Below, piece by piece: positions 1 to 8,560 of a stretch of DNA of 64,000 nt. A program made the position numbers and the translations under genes. Position 1 is the stretch's first letter, and every line of letters starts with the position of its first letter. The notes under the pieces were generated by a model. The model was given only the letters and a program-made list of their open reading frames with translations. It did no database searches and was not told where the DNA came from. Source of the stretch: an uncultured Anaerolineae bacterium (lineage in GTDB: Bacteria > Chloroflexota > Anaerolineae > Aggregatilineales > J027); contig CAZXCU010000001.1 of NCBI GenBank assembly GCA_964639245.1, positions 936,771 to 1,000,770 on the forward strand, read 5' to 3'.

Positions 1-451
1 TGCCCGCAGTTCCCCACTGGTACGGCACAGAATAGACATTGCCGGGGTCATAGGGGGGATTCAAAAATTTGGGGGTCACATTGCTAACGTTGGTAATGAT
101 GTCGTAATCCAAGGGCAGAAGCAAATCTTCTTCCACCAACCGTGCCACATTCGCCTCGCTGGGAACGGCTAAATCGTAGCTGGCAACCCCGGCCCGAATC
201 ACCGCCATGAGTTCATCGTTGCTGCCAAATTCATAATATTCAATCTTGACCCCGCAGGCATCCTCAAAGTTCGGAATGGTGTCTTCCGCCACATAGGTTG
301 ACCAGCTAAAAATCCGCAAGATTTGCCCCTCATAGCCGGATGGGCAGACCCAACTTACGCGGGTATCCTGTGCCTGAGTACGCGGCTGTACCACCCACAA
401 AGACACTGCCATGAGCGCGACTGCACTCAAGAGATTGAGAAATTTACGCAT
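1..451 (-). CDS. Spermidine/putrescine-type ABC transporter substrate-binding protein (PotD/PotF family), C-terminal part cut by window edge
   Basis: Hand translation of minus strand from ATG 451-449 gives MRKFLNLLSAVALMAVSLWVV (signal peptide). It continues ILRIFSWSTYVAEDTIPNFEDACGVKIEYYEFGSNDEL, a PotD/PotF-like N-terminal pattern. GGAG lies about 5 nt upstream. Absent from ORF track because no stop lies inside the window. Confidence 0.75.
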   Translation of the reverse strand, partial: MRKFLNLLSAVALMAVSLWVVQPRTQAQDTRVSWVCPSGYEGQILRIFSWSTYVAEDTIPNFEDACGVKIEYYEFGSNDELMAVIRAGVASYDLAVPSEANVARLVEEDLLLPLDYDIITNVSNVTPKFLNPPYDPGNVYSVPYQWGTAG

Positions 452-466
452 TTTTACTCCAATAAA

Positions 467-2440
467 CTAACCTCTCGCCGCGTTGCGTCCCTGCAACAGC
501 ATCGAGAACAAAATCAGAACTGTCGAAGTCAGAATCATTAAGGCGGAAATAGCATTAATTTCCGGCGGGACGGCGGTGCGGACTAAACCGAACACATAGA
601 CAGGCAGGCTGGTGACGCTTCCCCCACTGACAAAAAAGGTGATGACGACATCATCCAGCGAGATAGTGAAAGCCAGCAGCGCCCCGGCGATGATTCCCGG
701 CAGCAGCAGGGGATAGGTCACACGCCAGAAGGTGCGCCATTCGTTTGCCCCTAAGTCGCGGGCGGCCTCTTCAAGTCGCGGATTCATGTCGGTCAAACGG
801 GCGCGAACGACAATCGCCACAAATGAAATCGTAAACGCAATATGCGCGATGGTCACCACGGTAATATTGGAAGAATACCGTTCTCCTGTCAGGTTTTCGA
901 TAAAATCGAAGGTCATTTTGAAAAACAGGAGTTGGGAAATCCCCATGGCAATTTCGGGAATCACAATCGGGAGATACAGCAGGCCATCTACCCATTTTTT
1001 ACCCCGAAAAACCGAGCGTTCCAGACTCAGTGAAACCAGTGTACCCAGCAGCGTGGCGATGATGGTCGCAACAATGCCGATGATAATGCTGGTTTCGACG
1101 GATTGGAGCATTTCTTCGGTGGAAAAACGCGAACGCCCACCGGACACGCCTTGAAAAATGCGGTTGTACCAGTTGGTGGTGAAGCCTTCCCAGCGTCCGC
1201 TTGCCCGCCGAGAATCGTTAAAGGAATAAATCACCAGCAGCAAAATCGGCAGCCATAAAAAGATGTAGGACACGATGGGATTAAAAAACAAACCCCATTT
1301 GCCAATACGCCGCATCATCATATCGCGCCAGATTTTGCCACGATGAATTTCAAACGCACGGCTTTCGGATTTATGATGCTCGGTGGAGCGCTGATAAAAA
1401 TAAATTCCCACCAGAATCACAGCGGTGATGGCAACGGCGATGAGGGTAGTGGTGTTATTGGTGGTGAACAAATAAACCGCAAATCCTACCATGAAACCCC
1501 AGAACACAAGCGCACTCAACAGAGGCGGAATTTTTATACCCCGTTCCTCCAGCCATTTGTTCAGGTTGTCGAAAATACCCTGCTGGGCATAGGCGTTGTC
1601 GCTGGCAAAGCGTTGGTAGACAAAAATTGAAATGGCAACCAAGCCCATCATCACAATCGACGCGGCTGACCCCAAAGGCCAACTGCCCCCGTTATTATTA
1701 AACAGGCGGTTGATCAGATTGCCGACCATGAAACCTTCTGTCCCGCCGAGCAAAATGGGGGTAACAAACGCGCCAATCGCCGGAATGAAGACCAGAATCC
1801 AGCCCGCCACCACGCCGGGCAGTGTCATGGGAAAAACAATCCGCCAGAACACATACCAATCATTCGCCCCCAAGTCGTGTCCGGCTTCGACCATACGAAA
1901 ATTGAAGCGTTCCACCGAGGCGTAAATGGGCAGCACCATGAATGGCAAAAATCCATAGACCAGACCGAGCAGCACCGCCCCTTCTGTATAAATGAGTTGT
2001 TGGCGTTCAAACCCCAAGTTGACAATGAATTCGTTAAAAATCCCCCGGTTACCTAAAATGACCTGCCACGCATAGGTACGCACCAGAAAATTTGTCCAGA
2101 AGGGTAAAATCACGAGAAATAAATAAAATTGGCGCACGAATGCACTTTTGCGAGTGCTGATGAAAAACGCCAATGGGTAGCCAATAAAAAAACAGATAAT
2201 CGTGGTTTGCAGCGCGATTTGAATCGAGCGCGTGAGGGTAGAAACAAGCGGTTCTGTAAAAATTTCTTCGTAATTTTGAAGGGTGATGGGGGTGTTATAG
2301 TCGGATGGGTTGTTCTCACGGGTGAGGAAGCTGACCCCTAGCATAATCACAAGGGGAATGGCAAAGAAAATCACCAACCAGAGAATCGTTGGGAGCGCCA
2401 ATAAAAAACCACGCGAAGCGCGGTTGGTGGGTGCATTCAT
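467..2440 (-). CDS. Fused ABC transporter permease (PotB-like and PotC-like halves in one polypeptide)
   Basis: ORF 467..2578 trimmed to ATG 2440 (MNAPTNRASRGFLL). Two EAA-loop motifs are present: EAGHDLGANDWYVFWRIVFPMTLPG and EEAARDLGANEWRTFWRVTYPLLLPG. Many TM segments. The stop lies 15 nt upstream of the binding-protein gene. Confidence 0.85.
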   Translation of the reverse strand: MNAPTNRASRGFLLALPTILWLVIFFAIPLVIMLGVSFLTRENNPSDYNTPITLQNYEEIFTEPLVSTLTRSIQIALQTTIICFFIGYPLAFFISTRKSAFVRQFYLFLVILPFWTNFLVRTYAWQVILGNRGIFNEFIVNLGFERQQLIYTEGAVLLGLVYGFLPFMVLPIYASVERFNFRMVEAGHDLGANDWYVFWRIVFPMTLPGVVAGWILVFIPAIGAFVTPILLGGTEGFMVGNLINRLFNNNGGSWPLGSAASIVMMGLVAISIFVYQRFASDNAYAQQGIFDNLNKWLEERGIKIPPLLSALVFWGFMVGFAVYLFTTNNTTTLIAVAITAVILVGIYFYQRSTEHHKSESRAFEIHRGKIWRDMMMRRIGKWGLFFNPIVSYIFLWLPILLLVIYSFNDSRRASGRWEGFTTNWYNRIFQGVSGGRSRFSTEEMLQSVETSIIIGIVATIIATLLGTLVSLSLERSVFRGKKWVDGLLYLPIVIPEIAMGISQLLFFKMTFDFIENLTGERYSSNITVVTIAHIAFTISFVAIVVRARLTDMNPRLEEAARDLGANEWRTFWRVTYPLLLPGIIAGALLAFTISLDDVVITFFVSGGSVTSLPVYVFGLVRTAVPPEINAISALMILTSTVLILFSMLLQGRNAARG

Positions 2441-2565
2441 CTCATACTGTATCCCTGTCAAAAAATAATGGGTCAAATAATAGTGAATACTGATGCAGAT
2501 TGCAAGCGATTTAACCCGATTATCACTTTCAAATATAATAAACGAAAAAGTATCGTCAGGAGATT

Positions 2566-3648
2566 GTGTTGAAACCAAAATTAAGTATTTTGCTAAGTCT
2601 GTTGTTCTTTGTTTTTTTGTTCTCGGCGTTTGCCCCCACCCGTGCCGAAATTCAGGTGATTCCGGTGCAAAGCCAATTGTATGGGTTTGAGGTTTCCCCG
2701 GATGGCACGATGATTGCCACGTATGAAAGCGGCATTATTCATAATGACGAGGTGCTGCCGGACTTTTTGCCGATCCGCCTCTTGGATGTTGCCACTGGCA
2801 CAGAAAAATTTGCCCTCGCCGGTCACACCGATTACGCGCTGGATATTGCTTTTTCCTCGGATAACCAGTGGTTGGTTGCGGTGCAGTTCAACGGCCTGTT
2901 AAATGTGTGGAATACATCAGATGGCACACTTAGTAAACAAATTCAGGGGGTGATTGGGGTTAATCGGATTGCCTTTTTGCCGAATACCACGACTCTCCTG
3001 ATGGTTTCGAGCAACAATGTCATCAACCATCTGCTGCTGATGGATATAGAAACAGGTTATATCACACGGGTGATTGCATCGGACTTTGCGACTCGCGCCG
3101 AATTTATGGAACAGCTTGACCAGTCGCCTAACGGGGATTTAATCAGCGCATTTTCTATTGCGCCAGATGGACAATCGGCAGTACTGGTCAAGGCCAGCGG
3201 GCAAATCGAACGCTGGAGTCTGGTGGATGGCCCACAAACTGTGCTGCTGCCTACTGAAGATTCCCGACCCTATCTTTATATCCGTAATGTGGCTGAAACC
3301 TCGACGGGGGTGGCGTACAGTCATAGTGAACAGGAAAAAATCTTCTTGATTGATGCGACTACTGGCGAACTCAAATCTGCGCTGGATGCCAAAGTCTCGG
3401 CACTGTCGATGGCGGTGGCAGCAGATGGCGATACTGTCGCCTGGGTGGAAGAGTCAACGCTGAATCTTGCGCGGCTTTCCCAACCCCAAACGCCGCCCAC
3501 CCAAATTTCCTTAGCTTTAGGAGAAAGTATGTCCGTGCGGGGACAGCCGATGGTCGCTTTTTTGCCAGATGGTCGTCATGTTGTCGTGGGTGGTTTTGGC
3601 AACCTTGACGATGCTCAAAACGCTATTTATATCGTGAAAGTAAATTGA
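2566..3648 (+). CDS. Secreted beta-propeller (WD40/PD40-like) repeat protein
   Basis: GTG 2566 (or TTG 2569) follows AGGAGA. Hydrophobic signal LSILLSLLFFVFLFSAFAPTRA. Recurring blade-like motifs: VSPDGTMIAT, FSSDNQWLVAV, IAPDGQSAVLV, VAADGDTVAWV, FLPDGRHVVV. Confidence 0.6.
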   Translation: MLKPKLSILLSLLFFVFLFSAFAPTRAEIQVIPVQSQLYGFEVSPDGTMIATYESGIIHNDEVLPDFLPIRLLDVATGTEKFALAGHTDYALDIAFSSDNQWLVAVQFNGLLNVWNTSDGTLSKQIQGVIGVNRIAFLPNTTTLLMVSSNNVINHLLLMDIETGYITRVIASDFATRAEFMEQLDQSPNGDLISAFSIAPDGQSAVLVKASGQIERWSLVDGPQTVLLPTEDSRPYLYIRNVAETSTGVAYSHSEQEKIFLIDATTGELKSALDAKVSALSMAVAADGDTVAWVEESTLNLARLSQPQTPPTQISLALGESMSVRGQPMVAFLPDGRHVVVGGFGNLDDAQNAIYIVKVN

Positions 3649-4508
3649 TGGACACCCATTTTATCCGCGTAAATGGTGTCCAACTGCATGTGGTACAGGC
3701 GGGGGAGGAAAATGCCCCCCCTGTCCTGCTGTTACACGGTTTTCCCGAATTCTGGTATAGCTGGCATCCCCTGATTGACCCCTTAACCAAGGCGGGCTAT
3801 CGGCTGTGGATGCCCGACCAGCGCGGCTATCACCTGAGCGATAAACCCGACTCGCTTGACGCTTATTCTTTGGATGAAATTGCCAAAGATATTCTTGGTC
3901 TGGCGGACGCGATGGGACAGGAAAAAATTTTGCTGGTGGGGCATGATTGGGGTGGGGCGGCGGCGTGGTGGTTTGCCAACAAACATCCCGAACGGGTGGA
4001 AAAACTGGTCATTTTTAATGCACCGCATCATGCCGCGTTTGGCAAGGCGCTAAAAACGGGCTGGGAACAGCGGCTTCGCAGTGGGTATATGCTGTTTTTT
4101 CAATTACCCTATCTGCCTGAATTTTGCCTCAAACTGTTGAACTGGCAAGCCGCCGTGAGTCTGTTACGCTTCACGAGTCGTCCGAATACTTTTACCCATG
4201 CCGATATTGAAAAATACCGTGCCGCATGGAGTCAAAAGGGCGCAATCACGACGATGCTGAATTGGTATCGGGCGGCGGCGCGTGTCCCGCGTGAACGGCC
4301 TGCCAGCACACGGATTACCGTCCCGACGCTCATTCTCTGGGGAGGACGAGATGTTGCCTTTCAGAAAAATCTTGCCCGGATGAGCCTTGAAAAATGCGAC
4401 GAGGGGCGTTTGGTAATGATTGATGAGGGAACGCATTGGGTGCATCATGAATTTCCTGAAAAAGTCGTGTCGCTGATAGTGGCGTTTTGGAAATCTCCAA
4501 CTTTGTGA
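3645..4508 (+). CDS. Alpha/beta hydrolase, epoxide-hydrolase/haloalkane-dehalogenase-like
   Basis: ATGA start/stop overlap with the upstream gene. HGFPEFWYSW motif and nucleophile elbow GHDWGG are typical of this alpha/beta hydrolase subgroup. Confidence 0.85.
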   Translation: MMDTHFIRVNGVQLHVVQAGEENAPPVLLLHGFPEFWYSWHPLIDPLTKAGYRLWMPDQRGYHLSDKPDSLDAYSLDEIAKDILGLADAMGQEKILLVGHDWGGAAAWWFANKHPERVEKLVIFNAPHHAAFGKALKTGWEQRLRSGYMLFFQLPYLPEFCLKLLNWQAAVSLLRFTSRPNTFTHADIEKYRAAWSQKGAITTMLNWYRAAARVPRERPASTRITVPTLILWGGRDVAFQKNLARMSLEKCDEGRLVMIDEGTHWVHHEFPEKVVSLIVAFWKSPTL

Positions 4509-4597
4509 ATTTTTTCTAAAATTCGCCTGTATTTAACGACCTCTTAAACTGAATTTCTTATCCTAGAAATAGTACATTTATGTAGCAGGTTCACTCT

Positions 4598-5509
4598 ATG
4601 GACAATATGTGGCAGTGTGAAGTCTGTGGATTTTTTCAGGACAACCGCGAATCCACCTGTACAAGCTGCGGCGCAGACCGACCCGTTTCAAAATCTGCTC
4701 AATCAGCCTCGAAAACCAAAGTCAAATATCAACCTGTACCACCCAAATATTCCCCGGACATCAAGCTCTATCTTGCCAACAAAACCAACGCCAAATTTTT
4801 ACGCGGGGAGACCAGGCGCCCGGCCAGTTTAGCAAATTCTGTGCTGGGATGGGGATGTTTTATTCCGTTCATCTCAATTTTTCTGATTGTTGGCATCGGG
4901 ATGCTGATTTATGGGGTGGTCGAACTCAAACGCGACTTGGATTTACGGCGCGATGGGATGGTCACAACGGGGCGGCAGGTGGCGAATCGGATTTACGAGG
5001 ACAGCGAGGGCGACTCTTATTATCTCACCTATAGCTTTGTGGTGAATGACCAGCCTTACCAGCGCGAACAATCGGTGGATTGGGATCGGTACAACAGTTT
5101 TGAATCCGGTGCGCCGATTGAAATTCGCTACCTACCCAACAATCCGAGTCAATCGCGGATTGAAGGCACAGGCAACGCCGCTTTGTTTATGCTCCCCTTT
5201 GGGGGGTGCTGGACGGCCTTTGTCCTGTTTTTCATCTGGGGATTTGCTTCCCAGTCAGATAAAAATAATCGGATTGCCCAAAAGGGAACCCTCATTGAAG
5301 GCGAAATTGTGTCGATTGATGCGCGTGAGGACAGCGACAACGATTACAATGTGACCCTCAAATACAGCTATATCTCGCCAAAAGATGGGCGGGTGATTCA
5401 CAAAAAGACGAAGTTTGTGGCGAATGACCAGAAAAAGGATGGGTTGCCACTTTCGGGGACGAAACTGGCGATTTTGTATGTGGACGACAAAAATCACGCT
5501 GTCCTTTAA
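4598..5509 (+). CDS. Zinc-ribbon membrane protein with two DUF3592-like domains
   Basis: N-terminal CEVCG...CTSCG zinc ribbon. Two hydrophobic segments are each followed by a beta-rich module, e.g. GMVTTGRQVANRIYEDSEGDSYYLTYSFVVNDQPYQ...IEIRYLPNNP. This matches my recollection of DUF3592. Confidence 0.55.
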   Translation: MDNMWQCEVCGFFQDNRESTCTSCGADRPVSKSAQSASKTKVKYQPVPPKYSPDIKLYLANKTNAKFLRGETRRPASLANSVLGWGCFIPFISIFLIVGIGMLIYGVVELKRDLDLRRDGMVTTGRQVANRIYEDSEGDSYYLTYSFVVNDQPYQREQSVDWDRYNSFESGAPIEIRYLPNNPSQSRIEGTGNAALFMLPFGGCWTAFVLFFIWGFASQSDKNNRIAQKGTLIEGEIVSIDAREDSDNDYNVTLKYSYISPKDGRVIHKKTKFVANDQKKDGLPLSGTKLAILYVDDKNHAVL

Positions 5510-5514
5510 AATGA

Positions 5515-5570
5515 GTTCAGCCTGACGACGGCTTGAGGGGGGCTGAGCCGTGCCAGGCTGAACTTTTCTT
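5515..5570 (+). terminator. Rho-independent terminator after 4598..5509
   Basis: 10-bp outer stem GTTCAGCCTG (5515-5524) / CAGGCTGAAC (5554-5563) with inner ACGGCT/AGCCGT pairing, followed by TTTTCTT. It starts 6 nt after the stop codon. Confidence 0.8.
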
Positions 5571-5708
5571 AATAATAGCTCAATTCTTATTCAATGTATA
5601 GGGCTAGTTGTAGGAAAGATGTCAGAGATTTGTGTGTGCTGACCCTCTGAATATGAACAAATGGGCTATTGTGTAAAATAAAGGAGTTCAATTGGAAAGT
5701 GAATTCCT

Positions 5709-6809
5709 GTGATGATACCCGAAACCATCCACCAGCGCTCTCAATGGAATGAGATTGTGCGAAACCTGCCCACCGCCCATATTTTGCAAACGTGGGAATG
5801 GGGCGCGTTTAAACAGCAAACCACGGGTTGGACTCCCCTGCGGATTGCCTATCAAAAAGAAAATTCTTATGTCGCAGCCGCGAGTATCTTAACCCGTCGG
5901 ATTGGCCCGGTGGCGGTGATGTATGTCCCCAAAGGCCCCGTGCTGGATTATGCCGACCATGACACCTTGAATTTTGTATTAGACCATTTGCAGCGTCTTG
6001 CCCGTCGTGCTATCTGGCTCAAAATTGACCCCGATTTGCCACTGGCTACCGGAATCCCCGCCGATGAACTTTCCGACGCGCATCATCCTGATACCCCGAA
6101 TTCGATGGGAGTGGCACTGAAAAAAATTTTAGAACAGCGCGGCTGGCGTTTTTCGGCAGATCAAGTCCAGTTCCGCAATACATTTATTCATCCCCTGCGT
6201 GGTACCGAGGATGAATTGTTAGCGGGGATGAATCAAAGCACACGCCGCAAAATCCGTCAGGCAGAAAAAGCGGGGGTGGTGGTGCGCGAGGCTGACTTAA
6301 CCGGTGCGGATATGCAAATTTTATATGATTTGTACCTGACAACCGGTGAACGACAGGAATTTACCACCCGTCCGCTTGACTACTATCAAACGGCGTGGGG
6401 CATGTTCGGGCGGGCAGGTTTGGCTCATGCGCTGATTGCCGAACTGGAAGGCCAACCGATTTCGGGGGTGATTCTGTTTCACTTCGGGCCAAAGGTCTGG
6501 TATTTTTACGGCATGTCTTCCAATGCACATCGGGATGCCCAACCGAATTATGCCCTTCAATGGGCGGCGCTGCGCTGGGCAAAATCGCAGGGCTACGCGC
6601 TGTACGATTGGTGGGGCGCACCGAATATTTTTAACGACTCGGACTCGATGTGGGGGGTGTTCCGCTTCAAAGAGGGCTTTGGGGGTCAGGTGGTGCGGCA
6701 TATCGGCGCGTGGGATTACATCCCCTACCCCCCTTTGTATGGGGTTTACGAGAAAATTATTCCGCAGGTATTGAATTTTTTACGCGGTAGAAATAAACCT
6801 CACCTCTAA
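5709..6809 (+). CDS. FemAB-family peptidoglycan interpeptide-bridge aminoacyltransferase-like protein
   Basis: Blocks ILQTWEWGAFKQ, VMYVPKGPV, WYFYGMSS and YALQWAALRWAKSQGYALYDWWG as in FemAB/FemX-type transferases. Start is GTG 5709 or ATG 5712. Confidence 0.7.
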   Translation: MMIPETIHQRSQWNEIVRNLPTAHILQTWEWGAFKQQTTGWTPLRIAYQKENSYVAAASILTRRIGPVAVMYVPKGPVLDYADHDTLNFVLDHLQRLARRAIWLKIDPDLPLATGIPADELSDAHHPDTPNSMGVALKKILEQRGWRFSADQVQFRNTFIHPLRGTEDELLAGMNQSTRRKIRQAEKAGVVVREADLTGADMQILYDLYLTTGERQEFTTRPLDYYQTAWGMFGRAGLAHALIAELEGQPISGVILFHFGPKVWYFYGMSSNAHRDAQPNYALQWAALRWAKSQGYALYDWWGAPNIFNDSDSMWGVFRFKEGFGGQVVRHIGAWDYIPYPPLYGVYEKIIPQVLNFLRGRNKPHL

Positions 6810-6858
6810 CACCTTGTGACAATCCAAGTTACAATTGGGTTTGTTAATTTGAGGAGAG

Positions 6859-7944
6859 ATGACTTTGAAAACACGGTTGTTTTTAATTTTGCTCATGGTC
6901 GTGGTGGTGTTGCCTTTTGCCCCTGCGGCTGCCCAAAGTGAAGTCGACAGCGTGTGTCTGGTGACCGATATTGGTCGGATCAACGACGGCACATTTAACC
7001 AGACGACTTACGAAGGGATGATACAGGCGGCTGAAGACTATGAGCTGGACACGACTTTCATCGAAACGCAGGCTCAGACCGACTACGAATCCAACATCAA
7101 CAACTGCTTGCAGGAAGATTACGATATTATCATTACGGTGGGCTTTTTGCTGACCGATGCAACCGTTGCTGCTGCCAATGAACACCCCGATAAATTTTTC
7201 ATCGGGATTGACCAAGATGCACGCGGGGTAGCCGAACCCCCCAGCAATTGGGTCGGGATTCAAGCACGGGAAGACCAAGCCGGGTTTATCGTGGGTGCGC
7301 TGGCGGCACTCGTCACCGAAGCAAATATTATTGGGGCGGTCTACGGCCCGGACATCCCGCCGATTGTACGCTTCCGTAATGGCTACGATCAAGGCATCCG
7401 CTACATTAACCCCGAAATCGAAATTTTGAGTGTGTATATTGACGACTTCCAAGCCCCTGATAGAGGGGGTTCGGCGGCGGTGCAATTTGTCGGTGAAGGG
7501 GCGGATGTGCTGTTCGGCGGCGGTGGCCCCACGGGTTCCGGCGCGATCCTTGCCGCTGCCCAAGAAGGCATCTACGTGATTGGTGTTGACCAAGATGAAT
7601 ATTTCACCACCTTTGGCGCGGGCGAAACCCCCGGCGCAGAATTTCTCATCAGCAGCGCCCTCAAACGGGTGGATGTGGGCGTGTATGACATGATCGCCGC
7701 AATTATGGAAGGCGAAGGCTTTTTGGGCGGAGACAATTACATCCTGACCGTGGAAAACGGTGGGATTGACTTTGCTGGCCCGAACGACTCTGATATTCCC
7801 GAAGAAATTTATACACAGGTCGCTGAAATTCGGGATATGCTGGCAGCTGGCGAAATCGAAACCGGCGTTGACCCGGTATCCGGTGAACTGCTCGAAGGGG
7901 GGGCCGAAGCCACCCCGGAAGCCACCGAAACCTCCGGCGGGTAA
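6859..7944 (+). CDS. BMP-family (PnrA-like) ABC transporter substrate-binding protein, paralog 1
   Basis: GAGGAGAG RBS. Signal peptide LILLMVVVVLPFAPAAAQ. CLVTDIGRINDGTFNQTTYEGM and IGVDQDEYF blocks are typical of basic-membrane-protein family binding proteins. Confidence 0.85.
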   Translation: MTLKTRLFLILLMVVVVLPFAPAAAQSEVDSVCLVTDIGRINDGTFNQTTYEGMIQAAEDYELDTTFIETQAQTDYESNINNCLQEDYDIIITVGFLLTDATVAAANEHPDKFFIGIDQDARGVAEPPSNWVGIQAREDQAGFIVGALAALVTEANIIGAVYGPDIPPIVRFRNGYDQGIRYINPEIEILSVYIDDFQAPDRGGSAAVQFVGEGADVLFGGGGPTGSGAILAAAQEGIYVIGVDQDEYFTTFGAGETPGAEFLISSALKRVDVGVYDMIAAIMEGEGFLGGDNYILTVENGGIDFAGPNDSDIPEEIYTQVAEIRDMLAAGEIETGVDPVSGELLEGGAEATPEATETSGG

Positions 7945-7968
7945 TCTGCAATACGCTCCCCTTTGATT

Positions 7969-7992
7969 CCCTCCCCAAGCCATTGGGGAGGG
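7969..7992. repeat. GC-rich palindromic unit CCCTCCCC-N8-GGGGAGGG
   Basis: Perfect 8-bp stem 7969-7976 / 7985-7992, 25 nt after the BMP-1 stop. A related core TCCCCAAAGCATTGGGGAGGG recurs at 29036-29056 inside the MITE-like element. Confidence 0.5.
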
Positions 7993-8108
7993 TCAGGGTG
8001 GGGTTGAAAATGAATCCTGCCTAATCATTTACCCCCCGACACACTTTCATGCGCTAAAATGTAGCTGCGTTCATTTTGAGGCGATACCTCGTTAAGGAGA
8101 CACAAAAA

Positions 8109-8462
8109 ATGAGCAAAAAATTTGTCTTGATTGTCGGACTTTTGACCCTCTTAGTCGGCATGTCTGGCGTGGCTTTGGCGCAAGATCCAACGGAGTCGCC
8201 AGAGGCAACGGCGGAAGTTGAAGCAACCGAAGAAGCATCGGAGGATACTGCCACAACAGAAGTGGAACCAACTGAAGAAGCATCGGATTCCGCCGCTACG
8301 ACAGAAGTTCCCGAAGAATCCGCCACCACCGATGAAGACGCAGACACGGATGAAGATGAAAGTGACAATACGCTGCTGATTGTGATTGTGGCGGTGGTCG
8401 CTTTGGTCATCATTGGCGGGGCAGTTGCACTCAGCCGCCGTCCTACCGAGACGAATTCGTAA
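8109..8462 (+). CDS. Small secreted/anchored acidic low-complexity protein
   Basis: ATG 8109 follows AAGGAGA; ORF-track start 8076 is an extension. Signal peptide, then a roughly 70-aa Glu/Thr/Asp/Ala-rich segment with loose repeats (ATEEASEDTATTEVEPTEEASDSAATTEVPEE). One C-terminal TM helix (LLIVIVAVVALVIIGGAVAL). Confidence 0.55.
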   Translation: MSKKFVLIVGLLTLLVGMSGVALAQDPTESPEATAEVEATEEASEDTATTEVEPTEEASDSAATTEVPEESATTDEDADTDEDESDNTLLIVIVAVVALVIIGGAVALSRRPTETNS

Positions 8463-8509
8463 TTTGCTTGCCGTTGGCTGTGGCACAATTTCGGAATCAG
8501 GGTACAATC

Positions 8510-8560
8510 ATGGACGTTTCGTTTAGAAAAATTTAATCTCAAGGAGATTGAAACGTCCAT
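8510..8560 (+). promoter_or_regulatory. 5' leader hairpin sequestering SD and start codon of BMP paralog 2
   Basis: 11-bp perfect stem ATGGACGTTTC (8510-8520) / GAAACGTCCAT (8550-8560) includes the A and T of ATG 8559. An inner 6-bp stem AATCTC (8535-8540) / GAGATT (8544-8549) overlaps the AAGGAG SD (8541-8546). Confidence 0.6.

Noticed and set aside
6883-7983. 366-aa antisense ORF covering the whole first BMP gene, and a 339-aa antisense ORF at 8523..9542 covering the second.
   Set aside because: Both antisense frames are codon-aligned with the sense frame: 6883 and 6859 have the same residue mod 3, as do 8523 and 8559. Antisense stops would therefore need sense TTA/CTA/TCA codons, which these genes avoid. 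The antisense translations are low-complexity and lack an RBS, a signal peptide and family motifs. The sense strands give clean BMP-family patterns.
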